From the NCBI RefSeq assembly GCF_009914755.1, contig NC_060931.1: 64,000 bases of DNA; one strand, written 5' to 3'. Below the pieces are notes generated by a model. That model saw only the letters and a list, made by a program, of their open reading frames with translations. It was not told where the DNA came from and did not search any database. Shown in pieces: positions 13,153-26,802 of the stretch; the stretch's first letter is position 1; each line of letters begins with the position of its first letter. The DNA comes from the human T2T-CHM13v2.0 reference genome, Homo sapiens. The position numbers and the translations under genes are program-made.

Positions 13153-15721
13153 GTTGGGAACACTTCAAGTCCTCTCTCCTAGATATTTTTAAATATCCAA
13201 TACATTGTTGTTAACTATAGTCACTCTGCTATTCAACATTAGATCTTATTTCTTCTACCTAACTGTATGTTTGTATACATTAATCAACCTCACTTCATCT
13301 TGCCCATCTCAACCCACATACCCTTCCCAGCCTCTAGTAACTATCATTATGCCAACTTTTTGGCTCACACATACGATGATTGAGAATGTGGAATATTTGT
13401 CTTTTTGTGCTGGTCTAATTTCACTTAATGACCTCCAGCAACCATGCTGCTGTAAGTGACATGATTTCATTCTTTTTTATGGCCAAATTGCATTCCACTG
13501 TGTATATATGCCACATTATCTTTATTCATTTGTCTGTTGATGGACACTTAGGTTGACTTCCTATCTTTGCTATTGTGAATAGCACCACAATAAACAAAGA
13601 AAGGCAGGTATCTTTTTTTATATAATACCTTTTTATCCTCTGGATAAATACCCAGCAGCAGGATTGCTGGAGCATATGGCAGTTCCATTTTTAGCTTTTT
13701 TGAGAAATCTTTATACTGTTTTCTGTAGTAGCTGCACTAATTTACATTCTCACCAACAATATATAAGAGTTCCCCTTTGTCTGCATTTTTTACCAGCATC
13801 TGATTTTTTTTCTTTTGGTCAATTAATAATGGCCATTCTAACTAGGGTAAGATAATCTATCATAGTGGTTTTGATTTGCATTTCCATGATGATTAGTGAC
13901 ACTGAACTTTTTTTATATACTTGGCCATTTGTATGTCTTCTTTTGGAAAATGTCTATTCATGTCCTTTGCCCAATTTTTCATGGGATTTTTTTTTTCTGT
14001 TGAATTGTTTGAGTTCCTTATATATTCTGGATATTAGTTCCATGTCAGATAGTTTGAAAATATTTTCTGCCATTCTGCGAGTCATCTCTTCACTCTGTTG
14101 ATTGTTTTCTTTGCTGCACAAAAGCTTTTAAGTTTAATATAGTCACATTTTTATATTTTTGTCTTTGTTGTCTATGCTTTTGATGTGTTAGCTTAGGCAA
14201 ATATACTGAAGTGTTCCCCTACATTTTTTTCTAATATTTTTATAGTTACAGGTATTTTATTTAAGCCTTTAATCCATATTGAAATAGGTTTTTTATTTGC
14301 TTAGTGATAGGCATCCAGTTTCATTCTTCTGCATATGAATATCCAATTTCCCCAGCATCATTTATTGAAGAGGTCATTCCCTGATGCATGTTCTTGGCAC
14401 TTTTGTCAAAAAGCAGTTGGTGTAAATACATGGATTTATGTCTGAGTTTTCTATTCTGTTCTATTGGTCCCTGTGTCTGTTTTTATAGCAATACCATGCC
14501 ATTTTGGTTACTATAACCTTGTAATATATTTTGAGGTCAGTTAGTGTGATGGCTTCAGATTTGTTCTTTATGCCTAGGACTGCTTTGGCTATTTGGGCTC
14601 TTTTTGGATTTTATGTGAATTTTAAGATTATTTTTTCTATTTTTGTGAAAAATGACATTGATATTTTGATAGAGATTGTACTAAATCTATAGACTGCACT
14701 GAATGTATAGATTGCTTTGGGTAGTATGGTCATTGTAACTATGTTAATTCATCTGAGTCATAAACATGGAATGTTTTTCCATTTGTTTGTTTTCTCTTCA
14801 GTGTCTTTCATCAGAGTTTTGTATTATTATTATTATTTTTGGTAGAGGTATTTTACATCATTGGTTAAATTTATTCTTAGGTATTATTATTTTCAGTCCA
14901 TATGCATCTTTTTAGGGGAGATGATTTTCTTGTAGGCAGCATATATTTGGGACTTTAAAAAAATCCACCAGCTGGACTGTATCTTTTAAGTGGAAAATTT
15001 AATTTGTTTACATTTGAGATTATTACTGATATGTGAGGCTTATGCCTGTCATTTTGTTAACTGATTACTGATTTTTTTGTATATCCTTCGTTCCTATCTT
15101 TCTTATTGTTTACCATTGTGATTTGGTAATTTTTGGTAGAGATAACATTTGCATACTTTGTTTCTCATTTGTGTATTTGCTTTACCAGTGCATATTATAT
15201 TTTTGTGTCTTTTTATAATGGTAAATATTGTTTTTTACACTTATAAATGTAGAATGTCCTTAAGAATTTTTTGGGGGCTAGTCTAGGTGTGATGAATTCC
15301 CTCAGCTTTTGCTTGTCTGTGGGAGACTTAACTTCTCTTCCTTTATGAGCATAATATTTCTGGGTACAGCATCTCTGACTAACAATTTTTTTTCCTAGCA
15401 CGTTAAATGTATCATTCAATTTTCTCCTGACCTCTAAGTTTTCTGCTGAGAAATCTGGTGTTAGTCTGACGGGGGTTGCCTTATAAGTGATTAGACACTT
15501 TTTTCTTGCTATTTTCAGAAATCTGTCCTTGTCTTTGATTTTGATAGCTTAACTATAATGTGCCATGAAGAAGATATTTTTGCATTATATCTGTTTAAGG
15601 ATCATTGAGCTTCTTTTCTGTGGAAGTCTAAATCTTTTGCTAGACTTGAAAAGGTTTCAGCTATTATTTTGTTAAATAGGTTTTTTATCATTTCATTTTC
15701 TTATGACCTTCTTGGATGCCC

Positions 15722-16145
<424 letters not shown>

Positions 16146-18299
16146 TGATCTAGTCTATTGTTTAAACATTTGAATGTATTTTTTATTTATTCAATGAATT
16201 ATTCAGTCTCAGAATTTTTGTTTGGTTCTTTTTTAATGATATCTATATCTTTGGTAAATTACTCACTCATATCCTGGATAGTTTTTTCTGGTTCCTTTGT
16301 ATTGTTTTTCAGAGCTTTCTGAGCTTATTTAATATCTCTATTTTGAATTTTTTATCTGGGATTTATAATTTTTTTTTCATTGGAATCTATTGTTGGAGAA
16401 TTATTGTCTTCCTTTGAAGGTGTCATATATTTTCTTGGTTTTTCATGTTTCTTATGTATTTACAATGATATGCTTCCATCTGATATAACAGTCACTTCTT
16501 CCAGTTTTTTGAATTTGCTTTCATTTAGTGGACTTTTTCCTGAAGGTGTACTTATGATGTTGTTTGGGTAGGCCACTTTAGCTTTGATTCTAGATGCATG
16601 TAGTAGTGTAGACTTCGTATGATTTCTTCAGTTGTAAACAGTGTCATTAGTGTCTGTGATTTCTTCAGTGGCTTAGGCTGCATTTGTTAGTGGATGCTAC
16701 AGTACAGTTTTGATGGGGACATGCATGTCTGGTAAGCCAGTCCTCGGGCCGCAGTGGGGGCAACAGCAGGACAAGCATTTTTGTCCTTGGGCCCCAAAGT
16801 GGCATATGCTGGCACCATGGTTGGCATGTTCAGGAAGACAGATTCCTGGGCCTCCAGGTGGCTTTCTTGGGTGCCAGCAGTGGCAGCACTAGGCCATCCA
16901 GGTGGGTGGGCTCTTGGGTCCCTGGACTTCAGCATGACGTGGATGATGGAAGTAGCAGTGGCAAAACAATCCTCTGGCTCCCCAAGTGGTCTGCTTTGGT
17001 CTTGACAGTGGCTCAATCAGCTGGATGGGCCAATCCCCATGCCCACTCATGGAATGGGTGGGTGGGTGCCAGCTGTGATGATAGTGGCAGGTTAAGTGGG
17101 CCTATCTTCATGCCTCCAGAAGGAGAGCTCTGGTGCCAATGGTGGTGGATAAAGCAGGGGATCCCCAAGTCCTTGGATGACATGTTTGGCCACTAGGATG
17201 AAGTATGGAGCTGGGCCAAGCAGGCCTGTTCTCGGGTCCTTTAGTGGTGTGTGGGGGTGTTGGCTGTAGTAGGTAGGAACAGGGTGATCTCTAGGACCTC
17301 AGTAGAATACTCGAGTAGGGGTGAGGGGCAACAGCAGTGCACTGTGGCTCTGCTCCTGGGGGTAGGAAGGTCATTGCCAATGGCTCACATCTTGGGCCTG
17401 TTTGCAGCAGCCAGCAGTGCCTCCAGGCTGTATGTGTGTGTGGGATATCAGTGGGGCTCCAGGGCTGGGCTGGGCCCCCAGGACTGGATGCAGTCTGGTG
17501 AGGACTGGGCTCTCAAAATGGTACCTTGCTGTATCTGCTTAGGGCTTGAAGTATGTGAGACACGGTGTGACCCCCACATTCCTGGAGCAACACCACTGCA
17601 TGGTTTCTAGATGGCTTTCTATGTTAGTCTCAGGACCTGAGAGGAACAAAGGGCTCTCTTGTGGCTAGAATTACAGGAGTTATATCTGTTTTCTTAAAGA
17701 ACTTCTTTCATTTCATTTAGTTTGGAATCCACTCATATATATTCTTAAGATTATCTAACCATTCAGTTCTTCTATCACCTAGAAGCATTTATTTCCCTTA
17801 TTCATAAAGTACAAGGAGACATTTTTGACAACTACTATGGCCTATGTCTTCAGCAATCATTTGATCTAGGAATCTAATAATACAGTTAAAAATAAAAAAA
17901 GGAAATGACACTTGTTTGACATGACTAGCTTCTAGTAAATTCATGCTGACTGCCAGCATTCTCAACATTCCTAAGCCTAACTGTGTCATGTGCTAAGAAA
18001 CCAGTCAAAAATTCCTTGGTGAGCTATGTAGTTTTGAGCTTTACTCATTTCCTCTGTTTGAAAATTAAGATATTTACTTCTCTGCTTATTTCTCATTAAT
18101 CATAAATTCTGAAAAATTATCAGGAGTGGTTTTACTAACATAATTATAATTACTTTTGGCCTAAAATATAATTTTCTGGGCCTAGAATAGTTGAGTGTTT
18201 TTAATTAAAGAGCTTATGATAACTACTTTTTACCCATTATAAAACATCTGAGCTTTTAAAATGCATTAAGATTAATGTAATGATATCTTACATTAGTAG

Positions 18300-18595
18300 G
18301 CATCAGGAAGCAAAGCAGACATTGTTCTCACCCTCACAAAACCCACAGTTCAGTAAGAGAAAAATATAAAAATATTCACATACACTATGTAAAATAAGAA
18401 ATGTGAAATGTCTTAAGAAAGAACAATCAAATAGTGTTGAAAAGACAGGAGAATCTAACTGAATTTGGGATGCCACAGAAGGCTTATCATAGGGAGGTTT
18501 TAAAAATGGTAGCAATAAACTAGCAAGGTAGGCAGTAAAGATAAGAAGGCTAGCATTCTAAACAGAGGGAACAAACAGCATGTGCAGAGGAGCTT
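18300..18595 (-). mobile_element. L2 fragment
   Basis: cagacattgttctcaccctcacaaa..; gcattctaaacagagggaac..agcatgtgcagagg. Confidence 0.65.
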
Positions 18596-19617
18596 GAAAA
18601 AAAAATAAAAAAACAGGCTTACTTAAAGCCTTAGTGTTGTATATCCACAAATATTTCTCACTAATTGCCTTTTCTTACTTTTCATTTATAATAGAAAGGA
18701 AGTTTATTTCTTTTTCCTAATGTGCATCTAGACCTTAGAAAAAAGTCTCACATGGTGCACATGCATTAAATATTTGTTAACTGCCTCAATGAATAAAAGA
18801 ATGCTATTCATCAGTCAAAATTATCACCCACTTTTAGTGCAGTTACCATATTTATTCTTATCTTGGTTTGTTGTTCAGTGTTCTTTATCACTTGGTACAT
18901 TTCACCTTTTCTTCATAGTCAAAAATTTACTTTTATGTCTTAAGTCAAACGTTCATCCACAAATCCCTTTCTCATGCTCTACTCTGGTTTAGTCTTTCTT
19001 CTCTTGCATTCCTGTCACATCATAATATGTGCTATGTTATTAATATTTAGTATCTTACCATATGCAACCGTTATTGCTATTTACTTGAGTTTTGTTCATC
19101 TATGTACATATATTTGTTTTTAAATACAGCTACCTTCAAAGTGGTAAAGTTTATAGTCTCCCCTAAAATATTTCCAGGTTTATATCCTAACACTGTGATT
19201 CTTGAAGGCAATGAGTGCTACATATGTGTTTCAATCTTCTCTCATGTTTCAGTTAGCAATGTGCTCAATACATTAATATGTTCATGTATTTAAAAAAATT
19301 CTTTCTTGTTAACTTATTGAAACATTATTATTACCTGATATTTATGAAGGTTGTATTGAGAAATTGGATTCAAGATGAAATAAGAGCAGTGAGGATTAAA
19401 GGAGTCTATAGGTACTAGAAATCAAAGCACACAAATAATCAAATTCAAAGAAATCAGACATCAAGTAAGCTAGTGGGGTAGAGAGTAGATAAGAAATTAA
19501 AAGAACAAACGAGACATATCACTGTAAAATAAATGTTGCTTCTGATTCCACATCTGATGAGGCATGTTTGTTGGGGTCTAGTGAGTGGTTAGCAGTGGAG
19601 CAGGAAAATAGTATACC

Positions 19618-19735
19618 TTAATTTAGTACCTACTAAATGTCCCTTACTTCTCTTACTTTACATATTAAATGTCATTTAATTCTCACAAATCCAATGAAAT
19701 ATGTATTGTTATCCCCATTTTATAAATAAACGATT
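19618..19735 (-). mobile_element. MIR fragment
   Basis: tcatttaattctcaca..ttatccccattttata. Confidence 0.65.
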
Positions 19736-20945
19736 TTAAAGAATATTGGTATATTTGGTTGATATATGTAAATGTATATTCTCCAAAAGAAAAGTCTTAA
19801 CTACAACTAACTTTTATTGGTATAAGTTTTCAACGTGGTTTATATTAAACAATACAATGTGGCAGGTGAAGTTTGCCGTTTTGTTGTTTTTGTTCTTACT
19901 ATCTGGTAGTACATGTTGAAGTTTATTTATATTAAAAGTTGATTTGCTAAACATTAGGCATTTTATGTGTGCAATGCATTTTATGCATGTTGAGATATTA
20001 ATAATAAGCTCTCTGCAATTATTAGAATATCATTAATTCAGCCAAATGCTGTGAGAAGATTTAAAAGTCTCTATTATTTATTTGTTCATTTTTGATAAAA
20101 TTCTTGATCTTTATTTGGAGGAAGATCTTGGTAATACCTTGTAAAGTGCTCCTTTGACTGCCTTTTTTGTTTTGCTTGTTTTGTTTTGTTTTAATCTGAG
20201 TTTTGTTTTAATACCTTAATTTACTTAAGAATCTATCAACTTTACCAGCAGATCAAGAATGATCTGCAACATAGTATTTATTCTCTAAGTTTTTACTAAA
20301 GCATATAGCCCATATTTTGGATACCAAATTCTTATCAAAAGCATATTTGTAAGATAAAACATTTGTGGAAGTTTGCATAAAGAATATGCAGTCTATTCAT
20401 AAGCCTAAGAAAAGTTTTCTTATGAGTTCTTTTCATTCCCATGTGTATATGTATATATGTGTGTGTGCATAAAAGTGGAAGATTTCACATTAAAATTAAG
20501 GCTTCTCTGAAAAACAAAATCCGGCTGCCTGACAATCACATTTCTACAAGACAATGCCAAGATTAAGCTGAGAATGGCCCTCCAGTTTTCTACAGTTTTC
20601 TCCTATCCTCTTAGCCCATAAGACCCATTATCTAACCTGCCTGGCCTCTAACAGGCATGTGGGTTTACAATTTCTGAACTAAGACTTTGGAGAACTGTAT
20701 GCTTAATCAACATTGTTTTCATCCCCTAAAGATTGATTTTATTAAACTATACTTGGGTGGTATACCTGTATTTTACACCAAGTATTGCTTGTGCAAAACA
20801 GTTATATATAATTCCACATGGAAAGATGCGAAAATTGATTATCAACTATCATCCACTGTGTCCTTTTCCCCCTACACGATAGGTTAAAACAAACAAACAC
20901 AAAACAAAACAAAATAAGAACAAAACTATTCTTTTTGTGCAGTTG

Positions 20946-21248
20946 GCAGTAAATCATAGGGATTAAGGGGCCTGGCTCTAAAAGCAGACTGTCTGCACCT
21001 GAATCCCTGCTTTAACACTTACTACTCTGTAATTTTAGAAGTTATTGAAACTTTCTCTGCCTCAACTTCTTCATCAGAAAAAAATCTGAAGGTGAATAAT
21101 TATAATAAGATAATTAAGGTAATTTTAAAGAGTAAGTAAATTAACACTTGTAAATAACAAACTAACAGTAAGTAAATCTACATCTGTAAATAAATTAATC
21201 AAGTGCCAGACACATGGTTAGGACTCAATAAATGTTAGTTATTATAAC
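20946..21248 (+). mobile_element. MIR SINE with a short internal duplication near 21130-21200
   Basis: ggctctaaaagcagactg head, ctctgcctcaacttcttcatc core, actcaataaatgttagttatta tail. Confidence 0.8.
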
Positions 21249-24200
21249 TTATATTACAAAAAGTTAACAAAGCTGAAAAGTAAGTCCAATCATAATCCAT
21301 ATATTATTTCAATCCTAAGTAGTATTGAAGACACTAAGGGATTTTTCTAGGGAAATGTATTTAGTTCAAATCTTTGTTCAAAATTAAAGATTGCATATTG
21401 TGTAAAATTTGCTAATTTTTGTTCAGTAGAAATTAAATTATTTCTGCCTGGTAGCACAGATAATATCAAAAGTTTAATATCCATAGGTTATTAAACAGTT
21501 TTGTCTCTAACACAAGAGACTTACAATATTAAATTATATTTAATCATATCAATTTCTATTTTTATGTGTGTGTGTATAAATATATATATATATATTTCTC
21601 AAATGACCTTTAGCTCATTGAGCTAATTTTAATATCTTACTAATATCCTCTTGTAATATAAGTTGAAAAAAATTCCCTAATACATATTCATTTTGTATTT
21701 GTGTTATATCACTATTTTACCTCTTTTAACGTTTACTTTAATGCCTATTATACTCCCTTCTTGGTTTTGTCTCCTAAGAAGCTCCATACCCAGTTTATGA
21801 CAAGTATACAACTCTAATCCTGGCTTCAATATATGATTCTACCCTTAATAGCTAAGCCATTTTACCTATATCATCATAACACTATATAATTCTATCAATC
21901 ACTTTAAATGAGTTTTAATGAGGCATACTGTACATTGCCCTAGAATCAATCCAATAAACAAAACAATTTACACTTTTTATAATCATTTCCTATCTGCATC
22001 ACGTTTTATCATCTTCTCTTATGACTGTCTTGAAAATTGAAACCATATCTTGTTTTAATTTCTTATTTTCTTCTTATTAAACAAAACAATAAATATTTTA
22101 ATAATCACAATATTTAAGAAACATTCACAGAATGTAATGGGAACAAGAGAATGCACACACTTAAAGTTGTGTTTAAGATACTACTAGGAAAATATCTCAC
22201 AACCATGGAATCTTTCATTTCCCTAAGGAAGAGTTTTTCATGGAGAGATGCACCTTTTCACATAACAAATCAATTGAATAATATTTTACACAGATGTATC
22301 ACATTTTCCAGTGAACAAATCAATACCACTGACTATTTTACAGCACTGGATCCTGAAACACAAAAATTTCCTGACACACCTTAACTCACCCAGCAGGCAT
22401 ACTGCAAATCTGAAAACATAATTCACTTTAAAATTAAAATGTTAAAAAATTGTCTATATTAAAACAATCAGATTGAATGCTTTTCAGCGAATACAGTCGG
22501 TAGTACCCATCTGCGGGGAATACTGAAGGAGATAACAGTGATGAAAACCTGACAACAACCTGACACATGAAAGGAAATTCCCACTATGATGGGAGAAGTG
22601 AAAGTCACATCTGTTGTTAACATTAAACAGAAATAAAGCCACTCAATAAAAAGTGGTACAAGGAAATGCAAACAAAATTGCAATTTTGATTTTGCCTTTT
22701 TAAAATGCCAGAATTTTCTGTTAATAGAATAACTATTGAACAAATATGATATGTGTAAGACTATTAGCAATTTTACAGAGTTCTCAATAAGACAGCTGGT
22801 AATAGTCAACACTACCTTTATGTAACTATAAAAATAATCTTTATATTTGATGAGATATTTATATTAATTTTAGAATTATGAAGAGATTAGATGCTTAAGC
22901 AGTTCAAATTTTTATAATTAGCAGATCAGATTACTTTTTCATATTTTGTGGGTACCATCTGTTTATAAAGCAGTAGTTGCTCTACAGAATATACAGGCTA
23001 TGCCACTTTACTGCAGTTATAGTTTAGCCATTCAAACATACAGAACTCAGCTGGGAAAAGAAATTATCGCCCTTACTATCCACCCTTTTCTTTTGGAGAT
23101 TCACTGTTAAATGTAAGTTCAACCTCGGGCATTTCGATGGCTCTAAAACATTTGCAATTTCTTGTGAATGGATTCCAACCATATACCAAAATATCTGTTT
23201 CTGAGCATATAGACCACATATATTTGACATTACCTATCAACCGGCATCTTCTCCAGAACAATTATTTACCTTTTGTATCTAAACTTTTGTATCTAAACTT
23301 TGATCCTGCACCATGTATGATGGTGTACATTAATGTGGACAGAACTATTCCTTTAGCTGTACTGAGGAGACATATGTTTTCACATCAAAAAATCTTGTGA
23401 TTTCAGTTTGAGGGAAGATTGAGTGCCACTACCATTTATTTAAATGACTAATCATGCATGAAATTGTAGAGATTATGATTATGAGGATACAGTTCTAAAA
23501 ACTGCATCATATGTTATTTAACAACACAGAGACTGTTAGTAAATGCTAATTAAATGATCAACTGAAAAAGTCACTAATTCTGTTCAGAAAATAAAAACCC
23601 TAGAATGTTTGAAGAAATGGATTTTCTCTTTTACTTTTGGCCATCATCATCCATATACTATAGCATGCTAATATATGCTAATATATGCATATGGATGTTC
23701 TTTATTCCCTGATTGAGCTGTGGCTTTTCTAAAATAGGATAAAAGTAAAAGATGGGGACCATGACTTTACTTTTTACTTCTCCAGCTGTTTAGAAGATAA
23801 GATGTCTTTTTTCATAGTGAGTAGGTTTAGATAAGATTAAGAGGAATTTGAATTTCTCCTTTAAAAGCTAGAGGTGGTCCCTACAGCTAAAGTTCCATCA
23901 GTTGAAAAACTTTGATTTGTGTGAACTTGAGATGCTCAATGAAAATTAGAATTTCTGCTGGACAATAAGGGATACCTTCAATGATGGAATGATACTTAGA
24001 TGAAGAAAACGTACTGCAAAAGTAAAAACTAAAGGAATGAAGAAAGAATTCTAAAAATCTTAACTCTTCAACTTTTAGCTCTTCCTTAAAATTGACTAGA
24101 ACCTCGTTATCTCAGTTATTTGTCGTTTTGACTGTTGATCACTGAGGAGGGAAAGGGAGGCATGGATTATGACAACAATGTAAACTTAAGACACTCCTTA

Positions 24201-24269
24201 ATAAAATTCAGAATTGTTAAAATGGAATTGAGCAAGTGAAATATAGGAATGATTTTGGGCACCACACTG

Positions 24270-24480
24270 ATCTTTATTTGAATTGCTGCTTTGCCAAATT
24301 CTCCTTAGGGTAATAAGGGGAAAAATAATTAATATTTATAAATCTTAATTCCTTCCTCTCTAAAATGATGATAACAATAATAATGCTTATTTCACTAGAT
24401 TGCTAAAAGTAGTTAGTGATATAAAACATGTAAAGCTCCTAACACATTGCAGGCATTTAGTAAATAGTAACAATTACAGT
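24270..24480 (+). mobile_element. Degenerate MIR
   Basis: ctctaaaatgatgataacaataa..catgtaaagctcctaacaca. Confidence 0.55.
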
Positions 24481-25039
24481 GGTAGTAACAGTAATATCTT
24501 TAGACGTGAAAAAAACATAAGACATAAGTGACAGAAAAATTATGTAAACATTAATTGTAGGTAACCAGATATTACCTCAGAAAATTATTACTATAGTTAA
24601 AGATGAATTATGATTAAAGAAAGAAATTTAACTGAAGTTGGTCAACCCATTATCTATATTGCAGTGTTGAATATTAATCCTGTTTAATGAACAGGACACC
24701 TTTACCTATAGATTTAATTATACAGTCTGTCTCATAGATATACTTCTGAAATGTTGATAGACACATCTGGCTATTGTAACATATAACGCATATTTTATAT
24801 ACACACACACATACACACATATAACACACATATTGCATTATTGACCACCATATTTTGATTGCATGTTCAACAAGCAGTTCTCTAATTATTATTTGGTATT
24901 ATATGTATTTTGCCTACCAAGGTAGAATGTGCTTGTCAGTAAGCCTGATAAATAGTTGTTATTAACTAATGAACTAACCTGTCTTATGCATCAACTGCCA
25001 TAAATTTGGTTAATATTATATTAGCTCGATTTATTGAGT

Positions 25040-25365
25040 CTGATCATTCTGAATCACCCTCTTTGAAATCACCCTGACAATGTGACCTTATCCAATAAAA
25101 CGTTAGCATAAGCAACAATTTTAACTTCCAGGAAGTTTTAGGAACATATGTATAAATTGTTACCTTCTCTTTGCCTGCTTTAATGATTATGGAAGCATGT
25201 ACCAAGATGGAGTTTCTATCACTGTGCATGCCTGAATGATTACAATGAGCCTTTAGACCTTCTTCCCCCTGCAGTTCCTTGGTCATATAACAGAGTAAGC
25301 AGTTTGAATTCAACCCCTGATATGTGGGGTTACCTGCTACTGCAATATAATCTACCTCATTCTAT
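25040..25365 (+). mobile_element. Degenerate MLT1 (J/K-like) LTR
   Basis: atgtgacct..ccaataaaacgt..aacttccagga; cccctgatatgtggggtt..gctactgcaatataa. Confidence 0.5.
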
Positions 25366-26534
25366 ATGATGTAATATCTAATTGCACACCTTTGAGAAAT
25401 TGTATTATAGTATTGTAGTAGTTAAGACTTTTTTTTTAACCTAAACATTAAATAATGTGTTCTCATATCATTTTTGTTCCCTTTCTGTTACTCTTCTGAA
25501 GTATGGGAATCCATAAGTAACTGGAAAAAAGTATTGTTTTGTTCCATTAAACTACCTTAACCATAAATGTCAATATTGTAAAAGCTCTATTAATGGAAAT
25601 ATATAGCTCTGTACCTCATACTCAAGTATTTTGAGGGATATGTTGTTCCTGATGTAGAGGGAGATGAAATTTTATTCTTTAGAAATATTTTCTACAAGTA
25701 GACATTCCTAGGCTTATCACTAATTCTTGTTCACCCAAGTGTAAAGCCAATTATCTAGTTTAGTTCAAATTCATTTAACACTTATTATGTTCTTTATATT
25801 ACTCTTAGTGTTTTTATTTATTATTCTACTTAATCATTGCTATAACCCTATAAGCTACTGCTATGTTATTGTACAGGGAGAAAAATTAGGGATACAAAAG
25901 TTCAAAATATGTCCCTGGGTATGAAAACAGAAGGTGATTGAGCAGCTGCCTCTTAGCTCTCTTGTGTTATCAAAAACATCTGATCAGCTCATTAATTGAT
26001 ATTCTAACATTATCATTAACTGAGCATTTGTCCACTGTATTTTAACATGTGTTTTTGGTCTAATGGTTTTCTTAGTAATTAGGAAGTAAAAATACCAAAC
26101 ATCTCAAAATTGCAAAATCTAATGCATTTTTTTATGTTCAACCAAGATTAATTAGATTTTAATAAATATAATGTATGTTTAAACACACACTCCCACCGCA
26201 GAGATAAAAAAAAGAGTATAGGACAGAAAGAGCAATGTGTGTGTATCTTCTGTGCGTATATCTTAGGTCTCCAAATTGAGGTTTACATAAAAAACCTAGT
26301 TAGTAGGCACAGTAGTTTGTGGGACAGAAATATCGGCTGTTGAGCTATTCTGCTCTTTGGTGCATTGCAGTAAAGCTGCTGATGTGATAATTTATTAGCG
26401 GCACGTTGCCTTTCACTAAAGACAATACCTGTAAAATCAAAGGTGGGTGAGGAGTATTATTCATTTTCAATTTAGTATTCAGCACAAAGCACATTTTTCT
26501 ATTGGTGTGCTTTGTAAAGGGAAGATAAACATAT

Positions 26535-26802
26535 CAAGAGTTGAAATGAACTGGCAGAAAACAAGTGGAACAGAATGTTAGTAGAATGTTTGTTCGTGGA
26601 TGTCACAAAAATAGATTAATACATTCATAAATAATAAGCACACAATAAAATTTTTATATTAAAATTTAAAACTTACCAAGAATTGAAAAGAACTGGCAGA
26701 AAACAAGTAGAATGTAATGTTAACAGAATGTTTCTTCCTGAATGACATGAAAATTAATTAATATGTCCATAAATAATAAGAACCCAATGAAATTTTAATA
26801 TT
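26535..26802. repeat. Old tandem duplication, period 142 bp, two copies
   Basis: ttgaaa(t/a)gaactggcagaaaacaagt at 26541 and 26683; cataaataataag in both copies. Confidence 0.93.

Noticed and set aside
16687-17610. Several 100-119 aa ORFs in a GC-richer, promoter-like segment
   Set aside because: This is the L1MA 5' UTR; it is CpG-depleted and not a CpG island
20470-20710. Possible L1MC4/5 3' UTR fragment
   Set aside because: Resemblance too weak to set the family or boundaries without alignment
26535-26802. Repeat-spacer-repeat appearance suggesting a CRISPR-like array
   Set aside because: Only two copies, homologous over their full length; primate DNA with no cas genes
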